DNA of 64,000 nucleotides from the NCBI GenBank assembly GCA_963665665.1, contig OY762428.1:2752001-2816000 (forward strand). The letters run 5' to 3'. The first letter of the stretch is position 1. The number at the start of each line of letters is the position of its first letter. A model generated the notes under the pieces. The model did no database searches. It had not been told where the DNA came from and saw only the letters and a program-made list of their open reading frames with translations. The position numbers and the translations under genes were made by a program. The DNA is from Candidatus Kapaibacterium sp. (GTDB taxonomy: Bacteria > Bacteroidota > Ignavibacteria > Kapaibacteriales > UBA2268). Of this stretch, positions 30,070 to 40,799 are shown in pieces.

Positions 30070-30317
30070 GCATAAATCCGGGTGATACAGAGTATCATTA
30101 ATTAATTCAAGGCCTGTGTGTATATTCAAAAACTGCTGCCGGTAAAATTACACGGCATACCAAACGGAATTAAAATATTTGATGATATTTCAACATGATA
30201 TTCTTGTCGGCTATTTTTCACCAGTTTTTTATTATTGTCCAAACTTAGATAATGCAGAATATTGACCAATCCTTCTAACCCGTTATTAACAGTAGATGAT
30301 AAAGTGTCAGGTTTCTT

Positions 30318-30333
30318 TGGCACTTTATTTGAT
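30318..30333 (+). promoter_or_regulatory. Putative sigma-54 -24/-12 promoter of flgB (variant)
   Basis: TGGCAC-TTTAT-TTGAT: correct GG-N10 spacing but GA instead of GC at -12. Confidence 0.45.
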
Positions 30334-30367
30334 AATAATAGAGCGGAATAAAAATTTATTTTGGGGC

Positions 30368-30796
30368 ATGATGATTTTCAATGACCACATATTCAAGGGT
30401 AAGGTTCCTTTCCTTGGGAATGCTTTGAACGCGTACAGCATGAGAAATAAGGCAATAGCAGAAAACATTGCCAATGTAAGTACGCCCGGATACTCGCCGA
30501 AAGCTGTGAAATTCGAAGAGCTTTTCAGCGAGGATACTCCTGTTGCTACCGGTATCACCACCGATAGCAATCATATTCCGATAGGGCAGGAAACTGCCGG
30601 AGCAGCTAATCCTGAAGAAGTTACCGAAGAATTCCCCTTAGCCGAAGAATACTTTTCCGGGGAAAACCAGGTAAATATTGATAAGGAAATGGCAGCCCTG
30701 GCTGAAAATCAGATTCGCTTCAGATTTGCCTCAAGGGCATTAAAGAAATATTTTGCCGGTATGTCTAATGCCATACTTGGCCAAAGCAGGTATTAA
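30368..30796 (+). CDS. flgB: Flagellar basal-body rod protein FlgB
   Basis: AIAENIANVSTPGYSPKAVKFE; NQVNIDKEMAALAENQIRF. Confidence 0.93.
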   Translation: MMIFNDHIFKGKVPFLGNALNAYSMRNKAIAENIANVSTPGYSPKAVKFEELFSEDTPVATGITTDSNHIPIGQETAGAANPEEVTEEFPLAEEYFSGENQVNIDKEMAALAENQIRFRFASRALKKYFAGMSNAILGQSRY

Positions 30797-30923
30797 CACC
30801 AATTGGTATTATGTCTGCTTTTCTTGTTTTTGAAATTTATTCTTTAAATATCCGTAATTAAGTAATATTGCGGATGGATAATATATGTTTTTTTGACGAT
30901 AATTGTAACAGACGGTGAGCATT

Positions 30924-31409
30924 ATGGCAGAAAATCTGCTGACAACATTCAAAATTAGCGGAAGCGGGATGAGCGTTCAAAGAATGAGACTGAGCGCCGC
31001 CGCGAAAAATATCGCCAATGCCAATACAACAAAAGGCCCTGACGGGCTGCCTTACAGAAGGGACGTTGTAATCGTCAGCGCGGGTGAATCTTCATCCTTT
31101 GACAGCGAATTAAACGGGCAGTTACGCCTGGCCGGAACAGGCAGCGCACATATAGCAAATGCTTCTGATTCCTATTCGGGCGATACCGGAATGGCAATAA
31201 ACGCCATTACCGGGAAAGATAATTCTCCGCCGCGATTAATCTACGATCCGTCACATCCTGAAGCCGACGAAGAAGGATATATAAGGATGCCGGATATTGA
31301 TATTGTAACGGAAATGGTTGAGATGATTAGCGCACAAAAAGCTTTCGAGGCTAATACTCAGATAATTGAATCGGCAAAGAATATAGCCAGGGATTCATTG
31401 GAAATTTGA
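30924..31409 (+). CDS. flgC: Flagellar basal-body rod protein FlgC
   Basis: ISGSGMSVQRMRL...NIANANTT...PYRR; YDPSHPEADEEGYIRMP; EMVEMISAQKAFEAN. Confidence 0.95.
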   Translation: MAENLLTTFKISGSGMSVQRMRLSAAAKNIANANTTKGPDGLPYRRDVVIVSAGESSSFDSELNGQLRLAGTGSAHIANASDSYSGDTGMAINAITGKDNSPPRLIYDPSHPEADEEGYIRMPDIDIVTEMVEMISAQKAFEANTQIIESAKNIARDSLEI

Positions 31410-31440
31410 CATAAAGGATTAAAATAAAACGAGGGTATAT

Positions 31441-31722
31441 ATGAAAATTCAGGGCTACGACAGTTACAACCAGTACAATACTTATACTTCAGCCGTTAAT
31501 CCTTCGGCAAGGACAGGAAAGGTAAACGGCGCTGATACAAAACTACAGGGCGGACAACAGGCTTCTGGAACTGAAATAATTACAAATAAGGAAAGAGATT
31601 TCTTTATAAATATGTTTCCGGAAAGTTCCGAACAGCTTGCAAGGCATCAGGTATTTAACAGGAACGGCAAAGTGGAGGACGTAAATATTTACAAAGGCAC
31701 TATTGTGGACGGAAGAGCATAA
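31441..31722 (+). CDS. Hypothetical protein within the flagellar operon
   Basis: 93 aa; GAGG upstream; lies between flgC and fliE. Confidence 0.7.
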   Translation: MKIQGYDSYNQYNTYTSAVNPSARTGKVNGADTKLQGGQQASGTEIITNKERDFFINMFPESSEQLARHQVFNRNGKVEDVNIYKGTIVDGRA

Positions 31723-31795
31723 AAGCAGCTATTACAGGCTAAATAATATTGCGTTGATATTTTTGATCAGGACGATCATTTTTGAAAGGAATCAC

Positions 31796-32104
31796 ATGAA
31801 GATCAGCGAACTTGCAAATAATAATTTTGATGCGCTAATTCAGCAGCAGCCAACAAAAACCACGGATGCAAAATCCGGAAATGAGGCCACCTTCTCTTCG
31901 ACTCTCGGAGGCCTTATGGAAGAAGTAAACAATCTTCAGCTTGATTCAAAGGATATGACAGAACGATTCATCAAGGGTGAACCGGTTGACCTTCACGATG
32001 TAATGATTTCAGCGGAAAAGGCCAAAACCGGTTTCCAGCTATTGATGGAAATGAGAAATAAATTCCTTGACCTCTACAAAGAAGTTAGCAGGATGCAGGT
32101 GTGA
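31796..32104 (+). CDS. fliE: Flagellar hook-basal body protein FliE
   Basis: DLHDVMISAEKAKTGFQLLMEMRNKFLDLYKEVSRMQV. Confidence 0.93.
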   Translation: MKISELANNNFDALIQQQPTKTTDAKSGNEATFSSTLGGLMEEVNNLQLDSKDMTERFIKGEPVDLHDVMISAEKAKTGFQLLMEMRNKFLDLYKEVSRMQV

Positions 32105-32165
32105 TTTTGGTTCGGTAATGAATCAGCAGTAACTTGATATTTTTGGATTTAAGCGAAAAAGAGAT

Positions 32166-33965
32166 ATGGCTGAATACGCAGCAATGGAGCAAATCAAAGG
32201 ATTTTACGAAAAACTGACAAAAGTTCAGAAGATAATTATTGGTTCTGTACTTGGTGTTATCATAATTTCACTTGCTACCCTTATTTTTTCCTCTACGGAC
32301 AAAGAATTTTCAGTATTATACAGCCAGCTTGAACCCCAGGATGCATCACAAATAATCGAAAAACTTAAAGAAAAGCAATTTGATTATGAACTGAAAGATG
32401 AAGGTTCAACTATTCTTATTGAAAAGAGCAAAGTATATCAAACCAGGCTGGACCTTGCTGCCGAAGGGCTTCCCGAAACAAGCGTTGTAGGATATGAAAT
32501 TTTCGATAAAACAAACCTTGGTATGTCGGAATTTGTTCAGAAGCTGAACTATAGAAGGGCCCTGGAAGGTGAATTATCCCGTACAATTACCAACATGGAT
32601 GAGATTACCAAAGCTCGCGTCCATATTGTAATCCCTGAAAAAGTATTGTTCAAGAAAGATCAGAAGGATCCGACTGCATCGATCACACTAAGCCTTAGAT
32701 CAGGCAGGTCGATAAGCCGTCTGAATGTAGAAGGAATACAGAATCTTGTAGCCGGCTCGGTTGAAGGGATGGAACCTGATAATGTAATGATAGTTGACCA
32801 GCGCGGGCGCGTACTGTCCGAGAAAAAATCAGATAAAAGCACTATTGCAGGACTTACCGCTACACAGTACGAACAGCAGATGAATGTAGAAAAATATCTG
32901 TCTGGCAAGGTGCAGTCCATGCTGGACGGTGTTCTTGGCCCCGGCAATTCCGAAGTAAGGGTAAATGCTGATCTTGATTTTACGCAAATTGAAAGAACTA
33001 TTACCGATTTTGACCCTGAGCGCCAGGTGGAAAGGTCTACACAGGCAATTGAGGACAAAACAAGCAAGGTGGACTCGGTAACAAATTCATATTTCAACCT
33101 GAATGATAACACTAAGGACAGAAGTTCAACCCCGATGCTGAACAAAGATGAGAAATCAAAATCCAATATTATTACCAATTATGAAGTTTCTAAAAAGGTG
33201 GAGCGCATAGTTGAAGGTGTTGGCAATATAAAAAGGCTTTCCGTGGCGGTGATGGTGAACGGAACCCTTGACGTGGTTGAAAAAGAAGGTGACAAATCAC
33301 TGGAGTATTCCCCGCGCGAAAAAGAGGAAATGGAAAAACTTGAACAAATTATTAAGAAATCTGTTGGATTTGATCCTGACAGAGATGACCAGGTTTCTGT
33401 GATAAATGTTCCTTTTGATACAGTAATTCAGGAAAAGGATATTAATGATTTCTATCGCCAGCCATGGTACGAGATGCCGGAATATCAGAAACTTCTGTTG
33501 CTGATACTCGCAATGGCGGTTACGATATTTATTATGTACAAAATACTAAGGTCGAAACAGGTTAAAGACAGGTTAAGAATAGCATTTAACCTTCCGGATA
33601 AAATCGAGCTTGAGGAAGAAGAGGAAGAAGAAGACCTTGAAGAAATTCAGCTTGATGACGAAGAATTGCTGCTGATGCCTGCTGAATTGCCGGAGCAATT
33701 GCTACTGGAAAGCGAAAAAGCAGACAAGGCCTTGGGATTGCCTGAAGAAGAAATAATTGAAAGCGGAGACGGCGGTTCTCTGGCATCCAAGGCACAGGCC
33801 AAACTTGAGGAAACGCCGGAAATGACTGAAGAAGCGCTTATGAAACTTGAAATAAAAGAAAAAGTACAGAAATATATGGATTCTGATACCGAAGAAGCTG
33901 TGAAACTTGTTAAAATGCTATTGTCTCAGGATGTTATTGAAAGTGCTTCCGGATTTAATTTCTGA
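32166..33965 (+). CDS. fliF: Flagellar M-ring protein FliF
   Basis: GYEIFDKTNLGMSEFVQKLNYRRALEGELSRTI; ARVHIVIP; two TM helices. Confidence 0.95.
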   Translation: MAEYAAMEQIKGFYEKLTKVQKIIIGSVLGVIIISLATLIFSSTDKEFSVLYSQLEPQDASQIIEKLKEKQFDYELKDEGSTILIEKSKVYQTRLDLAAEGLPETSVVGYEIFDKTNLGMSEFVQKLNYRRALEGELSRTITNMDEITKARVHIVIPEKVLFKKDQKDPTASITLSLRSGRSISRLNVEGIQNLVAGSVEGMEPDNVMIVDQRGRVLSEKKSDKSTIAGLTATQYEQQMNVEKYLSGKVQSMLDGVLGPGNSEVRVNADLDFTQIERTITDFDPERQVERSTQAIEDKTSKVDSVTNSYFNLNDNTKDRSSTPMLNKDEKSKSNIITNYEVSKKVERIVEGVGNIKRLSVAVMVNGTLDVVEKEGDKSLEYSPREKEEMEKLEQIIKKSVGFDPDRDDQVSVINVPFDTVIQEKDINDFYRQPWYEMPEYQKLLLLILAMAVTIFIMYKILRSKQVKDRLRIAFNLPDKIELEEEEEEEDLEEIQLDDEELLLMPAELPEQLLLESEKADKALGLPEEEIIESGDGGSLASKAQAKLEETPEMTEEALMKLEIKEKVQKYMDSDTEEAVKLVKMLLSQDVIESASGFNF

Positions 33966-34034
33966 CAATAGTGCTATATGACAATAATGCAGGTAAAAGG
34001 CATAAGAGAGAATTGAAGGCTCTTTCAAGTTTTT

Positions 34035-34050
34035 TAGCACGATATTTGAT
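34035..34050 (+). promoter_or_regulatory. Possible sigma-54-like site upstream of fliG
   Basis: TAGCAC-GATAT-TTGAT, similar to the flgB site. Confidence 0.3.
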
Positions 34051-34137
34051 TGCAATAATATTGCTGCTTTATCGGATTTGAAAATAACACTATTATTGAT
34101 AAAGCATATATGTTGAACCGGGGAACAGGAAAGAAAA

Positions 34138-35160
34138 ATGGCGAGAGCAGGAATATCTGTTGATGATCTGAGTGGAAAGCAAAAAGCTGCCGTACTCCTT
34201 ATGTCGATGGATGTTGACGTTGCGGCAAAAGTTTTTAAGGAACTGGATATGAAAGAGGTTGAGCAGATCGCCGTTGAAATTACTAATATGCGCGACCTGC
34301 CCCCACGTGTGGTTGAAGATGTTATCGAGGATTTCTACCAGCTTATGACTGCCCAAAGCTACATGATAGAAGGTGGTATTGAATATGCACAGCTGATTCT
34401 TGAAAAAAGTTATGGCCTGGATCAGGCAAGAGATATAATCGAAAAAATCAGGGTTCTGACAACTGTCCGCGGTTTCAATATTCTGAAAAAGGCAGACCCT
34501 CAGCAGCTTGCAAGCTTTTTGGCACAGGAACATCCGCAGACTATAGCGCTTATCCTGTCCCACCTGCCACCGGATTCTACTGCTGATGTTCTGAATGAAT
34601 TCAAAGAAGAACTCAGGGCGGAAACAATCATGAGGATTGCCAAAATTGGAAAGGTATCTCCGCAGCTTGTATCTCAGATTGAGCATGTTGTGGATCAGAT
34701 AGCGGAATCTACCTTGTCTCAGAACCTGGCATCCCAGGGCGGCGCACAGCTTGTGGCAAATATTCTTAATAAGAGCAACAATGCAGTTGCAAAATCTATG
34801 CTGGAGAATATTGAAGATAAGGATTACAATTTATCAGTTGAAATAAAACGCCTGATGTTCCTCTTCGAAGATATTGTGCTTATCGACGATAAAGGCGTTC
34901 AGAGGATTCTGCGCGATGTTGATAAACGTGACCTTGCACTGGCACTTAAAGTATCCGAAGAGAAAGTTAAGAATAAAATATTCAAGAATATGTCCGAAAG
35001 GGCTGCCGAAGTTGTTAAAGAAGAGCTTGAATTTATGGGACCTGTTAAACTTAAGGAAGTTGAGTCGGCCCAGATGCGTATTGTTGACGTTATCAAGCAG
35101 CTTGAGGAGCAGGAAGAAATTGCAATCGGCGGCCGCGGTAACGACGATGTATTCGTATAA
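34138..35160 (+). CDS. fliG: Flagellar motor switch protein FliG
   Basis: LSGKQKAAVLL, EHPQTIALILSHL, MFLFEDI, NMSERAA, GPVKLKEVESAQ. Confidence 0.96.
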   Translation: MARAGISVDDLSGKQKAAVLLMSMDVDVAAKVFKELDMKEVEQIAVEITNMRDLPPRVVEDVIEDFYQLMTAQSYMIEGGIEYAQLILEKSYGLDQARDIIEKIRVLTTVRGFNILKKADPQQLASFLAQEHPQTIALILSHLPPDSTADVLNEFKEELRAETIMRIAKIGKVSPQLVSQIEHVVDQIAESTLSQNLASQGGAQLVANILNKSNNAVAKSMLENIEDKDYNLSVEIKRLMFLFEDIVLIDDKGVQRILRDVDKRDLALALKVSEEKVKNKIFKNMSERAAEVVKEELEFMGPVKLKEVESAQMRIVDVIKQLEEQEEIAIGGRGNDDVFV

Positions 35161-35194
35161 TCGATAAAAATTTACGTATGGACAGAGACCTGAT

Positions 35195-36124
35195 ATGCCG
35201 AAATTTGAAGTAAAATTGCCGAAAAAGATCAGCGGGATAAGTGTTATCCGCGCTGATTCGGTGATTCGCAGGGAGAAAGAAAAATTAAGACGGGAAGAAG
35301 AAAAACGCCTTGCCGAAGAACGCCGGATCAGAGAGGAACAAGAACGCATAGAAGCCGAAAAAGCTGCTGAAGAAGCTGAAAAAAATCGTATTAAAGATAC
35401 TTACCGCTACTATCAGGAAATTACTTTTTCCAGAGCGAATCAGCCCTTACAAATTGATATTCCAGAAGATCTTCTTATAGAGAAAGTACCTCTTACTGAT
35501 GCAGAAGAACAAGTTGAAAAGGCTTATGCCAAAGGATATGAGGAAGGAAGTGAAGAAACAGCAGCTATATGGCAGAAACAGGTAACCGAATTGCAGGACT
35601 GGATAAGAAGAGTTGATAAAGTTGTTGACAAACTAAAATCCGATTATAATAAATCTATTGCCGATTTCAGGGATACACTTGTTAAACTGTCGATAATGAC
35701 GGCAGAACATGTTTTAAGGCACGAAATAACAAAGAACAGCGAACTGGTTATCGATCAGGTTAAAAAAACTGTTGACAGCCTTGATAACGAGCAGATTTTT
35801 AAAATCCGGCTTAACCCGGATGATGTTGATATTCTGGAACAAATAAAAAGCCGCCTGGTATCTGATTCAACCAGAATTGAAGGTGCTGTTATTGCCCCGG
35901 ATAGTTCGATCAGCCGCGGTGGCTGTATCCTTGAAACTTCTTCAGGGCAGATTGATTCCAGAGTAGAAACTCAGCTTGAAATCCTTAAAGAAAAACTTGA
36001 CGAAATTGCCATCCAGCCTCCTAATTTACCATTAAACTCGACAGATGATATCTTGCCTGATACTGACGACCCGAAGGATGAAAATCTCTTGAACTCTACA
36101 GGGGATAATGATGTTCGGGAATAA
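35195..36124 (+). CDS. fliH: Flagellar assembly protein FliH
   Basis: AYAKGYEEG; IRLNPDD; ISRGGCILETSSGQIDSR; between fliG and fliI. Confidence 0.88.
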   Translation: MPKFEVKLPKKISGISVIRADSVIRREKEKLRREEEKRLAEERRIREEQERIEAEKAAEEAEKNRIKDTYRYYQEITFSRANQPLQIDIPEDLLIEKVPLTDAEEQVEKAYAKGYEEGSEETAAIWQKQVTELQDWIRRVDKVVDKLKSDYNKSIADFRDTLVKLSIMTAEHVLRHEITKNSELVIDQVKKTVDSLDNEQIFKIRLNPDDVDILEQIKSRLVSDSTRIEGAVIAPDSSISRGGCILETSSGQIDSRVETQLEILKEKLDEIAIQPPNLPLNSTDDILPDTDDPKDENLLNSTGDNDVRE

Positions 36125-37430
36125 TATGCTTGAAAAATTTGGCAGGGCAATCAATTCCACCGATACACTCAGGCGAAGTGGAAAAGTTACAAAAGTTGTA
36201 GGTATGGTTCTGGAAAGCGAAGGCCCAAAGGCGCCTATCGGACAGGTATGCCTGCTGAAAGACAGAATGGGTAATACAATAAGCAAATCAGAGATAGTCG
36301 GATTCAGAGAAAATAGAATATTATCCATGGTACTTGGCGAATTAGAGTCTATTGCCCCGGGAATGGATATTATTGCAACCGGTGATTCACTGAAAGTAAA
36401 AACGGGCGACCAGCTGCTTGGAAGAGTTGTGGACGGGCTCGGCAACCCCATTGACGGGCGCGGGTCAATAAAAATTGATACTAAAAGGTCTATTTACGCA
36501 GCCCCACCTAACCCGCTGGCAAGAATGAGAATTAACAGCCCTATATCAACCGGTATCAGAGCTATCGACGGCCTGCTTACAATTGGTAAAGGGCAGAGAG
36601 TTGGTATTTTTTCAGGTTCAGGAGTTGGTAAATCAACATTGATTGGTATGATAGCCCGGAATACCTCGGCTGATATAAATGTTATAGCACTTGTCGGGGA
36701 GCGTGGCAGGGAAGTTAAAGAATTTATCGAAAAAGACCTTGGCGATAGCGGGCTTGCACGTTCGATAGTTGTTGTGGCAACAAGTGATACCCCACCACTT
36801 GTAAGGGTAAAAGCTGCCCTTACTGCTACTACAATAGCTGAATATTTTCGTGATCGCGGCCTGGATGTTATGCTGATGATGGATTCCTCCACCAGGCTGG
36901 CCATGGCTCAGAGGGAAGTCGGCCTGACGATTGGCGAACCTCCCACAAGCAAGGGTTACACCCCTTCAGTTTTCAGCCTTATGCAGAAAACAATGGAAAG
37001 GGCCGGGACTTCCACCGAGGGCTCAATAACAGGGCTATATACTGTTCTCGTTGAGGGCGACGACATGAATGAACCTGTTTCCGATGCCGCCCGTGGTATT
37101 CTGGACGGGCACTTTGTACTTTCAAGGAAACTGGCATCGCTTGGGCATTATCCCGCTATTGATATATTGCAGAGTATCAGCCGCGTAAGAAATGATATTA
37201 TCAGTCCGGAACACTACCAGGCAGCACTTGCAATTCAGGAAATGAAAGCTACTTATACCGAAGCCGAAGACCTGATCAGCGTTGGAGCTTACCAAAGGGG
37301 AACCAATAAAAAAATTGACAAAGCCATTTCTCTTCAGGATTCAATAAATCAGTTTTTGCGCCAAAGAGTTGAAGAAAGTATTGAGTACGATGATGTTGTA
37401 AATGAAATGATTGATCTTGCCTCACAGTAA
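36108..37430 (+). CDS. fliI: Flagellar export ATPase FliI
   Basis: GQRVGIFSGSGVGKST, ALVGERGREV, GEPPTSKGY, LVEGDDMNEP. Confidence 0.96.
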   Translation: MMFGNNMLEKFGRAINSTDTLRRSGKVTKVVGMVLESEGPKAPIGQVCLLKDRMGNTISKSEIVGFRENRILSMVLGELESIAPGMDIIATGDSLKVKTGDQLLGRVVDGLGNPIDGRGSIKIDTKRSIYAAPPNPLARMRINSPISTGIRAIDGLLTIGKGQRVGIFSGSGVGKSTLIGMIARNTSADINVIALVGERGREVKEFIEKDLGDSGLARSIVVVATSDTPPLVRVKAALTATTIAEYFRDRGLDVMLMMDSSTRLAMAQREVGLTIGEPPTSKGYTPSVFSLMQKTMERAGTSTEGSITGLYTVLVEGDDMNEPVSDAARGILDGHFVLSRKLASLGHYPAIDILQSISRVRNDIISPEHYQAALAIQEMKATYTEAEDLISVGAYQRGTNKKIDKAISLQDSINQFLRQRVEESIEYDDVVNEMIDLASQ

Positions 37431-37654
37431 TCTGATTAAAATTTCAATTATTACTCAATTATTATTTGCAAATTATACAGTTTTATTATTATTTTGGATA
37501 TGATTATCTTATTATATTATTTGGATTATAATGAACTAATTTCCTTTTAATATCAATGTGAAAAATAACATTCTTTACTGGTTTTTGTGCTGCTTTTTTA
37601 AGTTAAAAAGCAGGCTTTATTTTTTATTGTATATTCAAAAACAAGGAAATTTTC

Positions 37655-38407
37655 ATGTCGTACTTTAAATTCAATAATAAAAAAATATACTTCAAAATCA
37701 CGGGTTCCGGCGACCCCTTACTCCTGGTTCACGGAAATACATTGTCCTCGAAAATGTTCCTTCCGGTAATTAAAATGTTCGCTAAGGAATTTAAAACTAT
37801 TGTTATTGATCTGCCGGGGCATGGCAAATCCGAGCGTCTGGAAAGATTCGAAACAGACTTCTGGTTCAACAATGCTCTTGCCTGTAATGCACTTCTGGAG
37901 GAATTGGACCTTGATAATGTATTGGTGATTGGTACAAGTGGCGGAGCTCTTACAGGGATAAACCTCTGTCTTGAGTTTCCGGAAAGAATCAGATACCTGG
38001 TTGCAGACAGCTTTGAAGGTGAATATCCGCTTGATACTTATATCGATTCAATTGAAGAAGACAGAAATCGGGATAAAAAGAAATTCTTGGCAAAATTAAT
38101 CTGGTTCTATTGCCATGGACGGGATTGGAGAAAAATAGTAGATATGGATACCGAAGTAAATATTGAATTTTCAAAATCAGGTAATTCATTTTTTCATAAA
38201 TCTATTACAGCACTGAAGATTCCAACGCTTATTACTGGCAGCCTGAAGGATGAATATTGCGACCATCTTGACATAATATATTCAGGCCTTCAAAAGAAAA
38301 ATCAAGACCTGTCAGTACACATTTTTGAATCAGGAGGCCACCCGGCAATGTTATCTAATAAAAATGATTTTTTTAAATTAGTTGTTGACAGAATCAAGGA
38401 CTGTTGA
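37655..38407 (+). CDS. Alpha/beta fold hydrolase
   Basis: LVHGN, DLPGHGKS, GTSGG nucleophile elbow, C-terminal GH. Confidence 0.88.
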   Translation: MSYFKFNNKKIYFKITGSGDPLLLVHGNTLSSKMFLPVIKMFAKEFKTIVIDLPGHGKSERLERFETDFWFNNALACNALLEELDLDNVLVIGTSGGALTGINLCLEFPERIRYLVADSFEGEYPLDTYIDSIEEDRNRDKKKFLAKLIWFYCHGRDWRKIVDMDTEVNIEFSKSGNSFFHKSITALKIPTLITGSLKDEYCDHLDIIYSGLQKKNQDLSVHIFESGGHPAMLSNKNDFFKLVVDRIKDC

Positions 38408-38546
38408 TATTAATATTTGAGTATCTTCAACTTGCCCGCCGGGAATGTAAAATTTTCCGGACGGGTATTAATTTTGTTGCCGATTTACAAACTTTCCACT
38501 ATCTTGCGGTATGGAATATGTTTAAAATTACTAAACGTGTAAAGCA

Positions 38547-39380
38547 TTGATAAAAAATATAATTACATTAGCAATAACGATTGTGTTAATAATGTCTTGC
38601 AGCCTTCCGCAAGGCTCGTCGCATAAATTATTCATTAAGGGTTCGGATACGATGCTGAACCTGACAGAGATAATGGCTGAAGATTTTATGAAAGTTAAGG
38701 ATAATATTTCGATATATGTTGATGGTGGTGGAACTCGTTCGGGGGTGCAGGCTCTTGCCAATGGTGAATGCCAGATATGCACTGCTTCCCGCGACCTTAC
38801 CTCATCAGAAATAAAACTGCTTGCCGATAAATACCAGAGCCTGGGAATGTCATTTTTAATTGCCAAGGACGCATTAAGTATTTATATTAATAAGTCAAAC
38901 GTAGTTAATGACTTCACTGTTGATGAACTTAATGATATTTTCACCGGTAAAATAACGAACTGGAAAGAACTCGGAGGAGCAGATAAAAAAATTATCCTTG
39001 TTCTTAGAAACCCCAATTCCGGAACTTATCAGTATTTCAGGCAGCATATTATGAAGGGGGCTGATTATCATAGTGATGCCATGATTGTAGGAACAACACA
39101 AAATATAATTGATGAGGTTTCCGGTGATGAAGGGGCTATCGGATTTGGCGGAATGACTTTTTTCGACGACGATGTAATCCATGCCTCGATAAACAGTGTC
39201 GAGGCCACAATAGAAAATGTCAGGAAGGATAAATATCCTATCAGCCGTTACCTCCATTTCTACACCCTGAACGAACCCCGCGGCCCCGTAAAAAATTTCA
39301 TCGACTGGGCATTAAGTCCCGACGGGCAGAAATCCGTGAAAAAAGCCGGATTTATTTCTCTTTGGGAAATATCGCATTAG
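38547..39380 (+). CDS. pstS: Phosphate ABC transporter substrate-binding lipoprotein (no pstCAB adjacent)
   Basis: KGSDTM, GGGTRSG, ASRDL, TNWKELGG, NSGTYQYF, YPISRYL. Confidence 0.88.
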   Translation: MIKNIITLAITIVLIMSCSLPQGSSHKLFIKGSDTMLNLTEIMAEDFMKVKDNISIYVDGGGTRSGVQALANGECQICTASRDLTSSEIKLLADKYQSLGMSFLIAKDALSIYINKSNVVNDFTVDELNDIFTGKITNWKELGGADKKIILVLRNPNSGTYQYFRQHIMKGADYHSDAMIVGTTQNIIDEVSGDEGAIGFGGMTFFDDDVIHASINSVEATIENVRKDKYPISRYLHFYTLNEPRGPVKNFIDWALSPDGQKSVKKAGFISLWEISH

Positions 39381-39491
39381 GGGTGATATTTGTTCTATTC
39401 ATTCATTTTACTCACTCTTATAAATTAAAAGCCTGACGCTATAAATCCCGAATTTAGAATACTGCCCGGCTGAATGTGCTCGGGGAATTCA

Positions 39492-40799
39492 TTAATACAC
39501 CCGGTTTAGCTCCCTTATAAATTCAGCATCCATGTATTCGCCCCTGTCTTGGAGTAATTTTACCAGGACGGGCCTGTTATGAATTTCATCGCCCAAGGGG
39601 AACCTGACGTTTATATAATTATCCGTCCAGCCGCTCCATACTTTGGTGTTTTTATTCTGCCTTTCAGGGATTACAATCCTATGCGTTCCTTTCTGTGAAT
39701 CATGGAAGGCCCTGCGTTTTTCATCCGATAGTTCCATTAATATTTTAGTACGTTCTTTCCTGATATTTCCCGGAACAACGCCGGGCATATCTGCCGCAGG
39801 TGTGTTATCTCTTTCCGAATACGAGAAAACATGCAGGTATGTGAACGGGAGCGATTTCAGGAAACTGTAAGTTTCCCAGAAATGTTCGTCAGTTTCGCCG
39901 GGAAAACCGCAGATAACGTCTATTCCAATACCACAATCTTTCACTTCCGAGTTGATCTTATGGATTAAGCCGGAGAATTTCTCCTTGTTGTAGCGTCTCT
40001 TCATTAATTTAAGAATTTCTGCCGAGCCGCTCTGCAAAGGGATGTGAAAATGAGGGCACACCGGGCCGCCTGTGGCTGCCAGGCTGATAATACCGGACGT
40101 TAGCTTGTTTGGTTCAATGGACGATATCCTGAATCTTGCCGCTGGCTTCCGCCTGTAAATTTCTTTAATAATATCAGTAAAATCTTCACCGGCAGGGGCA
40201 TTGTACTCACCCAGGTTTATTCCCGTCAGAATAATTTCCTTGAAACCGGCATTTGTGATTTTGTCTATCTCCTTGAATACTGAATGAAATTCCATACCCC
40301 GGCTTTTCCCCCTTGCAAGAGGTATTGTACAGTATGTGCATTTGTAATCGCAGCCATCCTGTATTTTCAGGTTTATCCTTGTGTGAGTGTCATTATCAAC
40401 CGAGGAGGCCGACTGAAAAGGAATTCCCTTGAGTGAGGAAACACAGATGCAGCATTTGCTTTCCTTACCGGCAGAGCTGATAATATCAGCAACCGAGAAT
40501 TTTTCCCTGTGCCCGAATATTCCGTCTGCTCCGGTGCTGACTATTTCATCGGGCTTTAACTGGGCATAGCAGCCGGTTACGGCTATGTATCCTGCCGGAG
40601 AGAATTTCCTTGCGCGGCGTATCATTTTTCTGCTGTCCGAGTCGGCCCGGTTTGTTACAGTGCAGGTATTTATTATTGTAATGTCTGCTTCCGAACCAAA
40701 TTCCACACTTTCGTGGCCAAGTTTTTCAAATTCTGATTTCATCCTGGAAAGATCCGCGAAGTTTACTTTACAACCGAGATTATAATAAGCTATTTTCAT
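39492..40799 (-). CDS. mtaB: tRNA t6A37 methylthiotransferase MtaB
   Basis: LGCKVN, INTCTVT, VTGCYAQ, KIQDGCDYKCTYCTIP, LHVFSYSER. Confidence 0.93.
   Translation of the reverse strand: MKIAYYNLGCKVNFADLSRMKSEFEKLGHESVEFGSEADITIINTCTVTNRADSDSRKMIRRARKFSPAGYIAVTGCYAQLKPDEIVSTGADGIFGHREKFSVADIISSAGKESKCCICVSSLKGIPFQSASSVDNDTHTRINLKIQDGCDYKCTYCTIPLARGKSRGMEFHSVFKEIDKITNAGFKEIILTGINLGEYNAPAGEDFTDIIKEIYRRKPAARFRISSIEPNKLTSGIISLAATGGPVCPHFHIPLQSGSAEILKLMKRRYNKEKFSGLIHKINSEVKDCGIGIDVICGFPGETDEHFWETYSFLKSLPFTYLHVFSYSERDNTPAADMPGVVPGNIRKERTKILMELSDEKRRAFHDSQKGTHRIVIPERQNKNTKVWSGWTDNYINVRFPLGDEIHNRPVLVKLLQDRGEYMDAEFIRELNRVY

Noticed and set aside
33610-33665. GAA-rich low-complexity run in fliF
   Set aside because: It encodes an in-frame acidic linker and is not an independent repeat element.
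30368-37430. Injectisome-type T3SS
   Set aside because: FlgB, FlgC, FliE and FliG are flagellum-specific.
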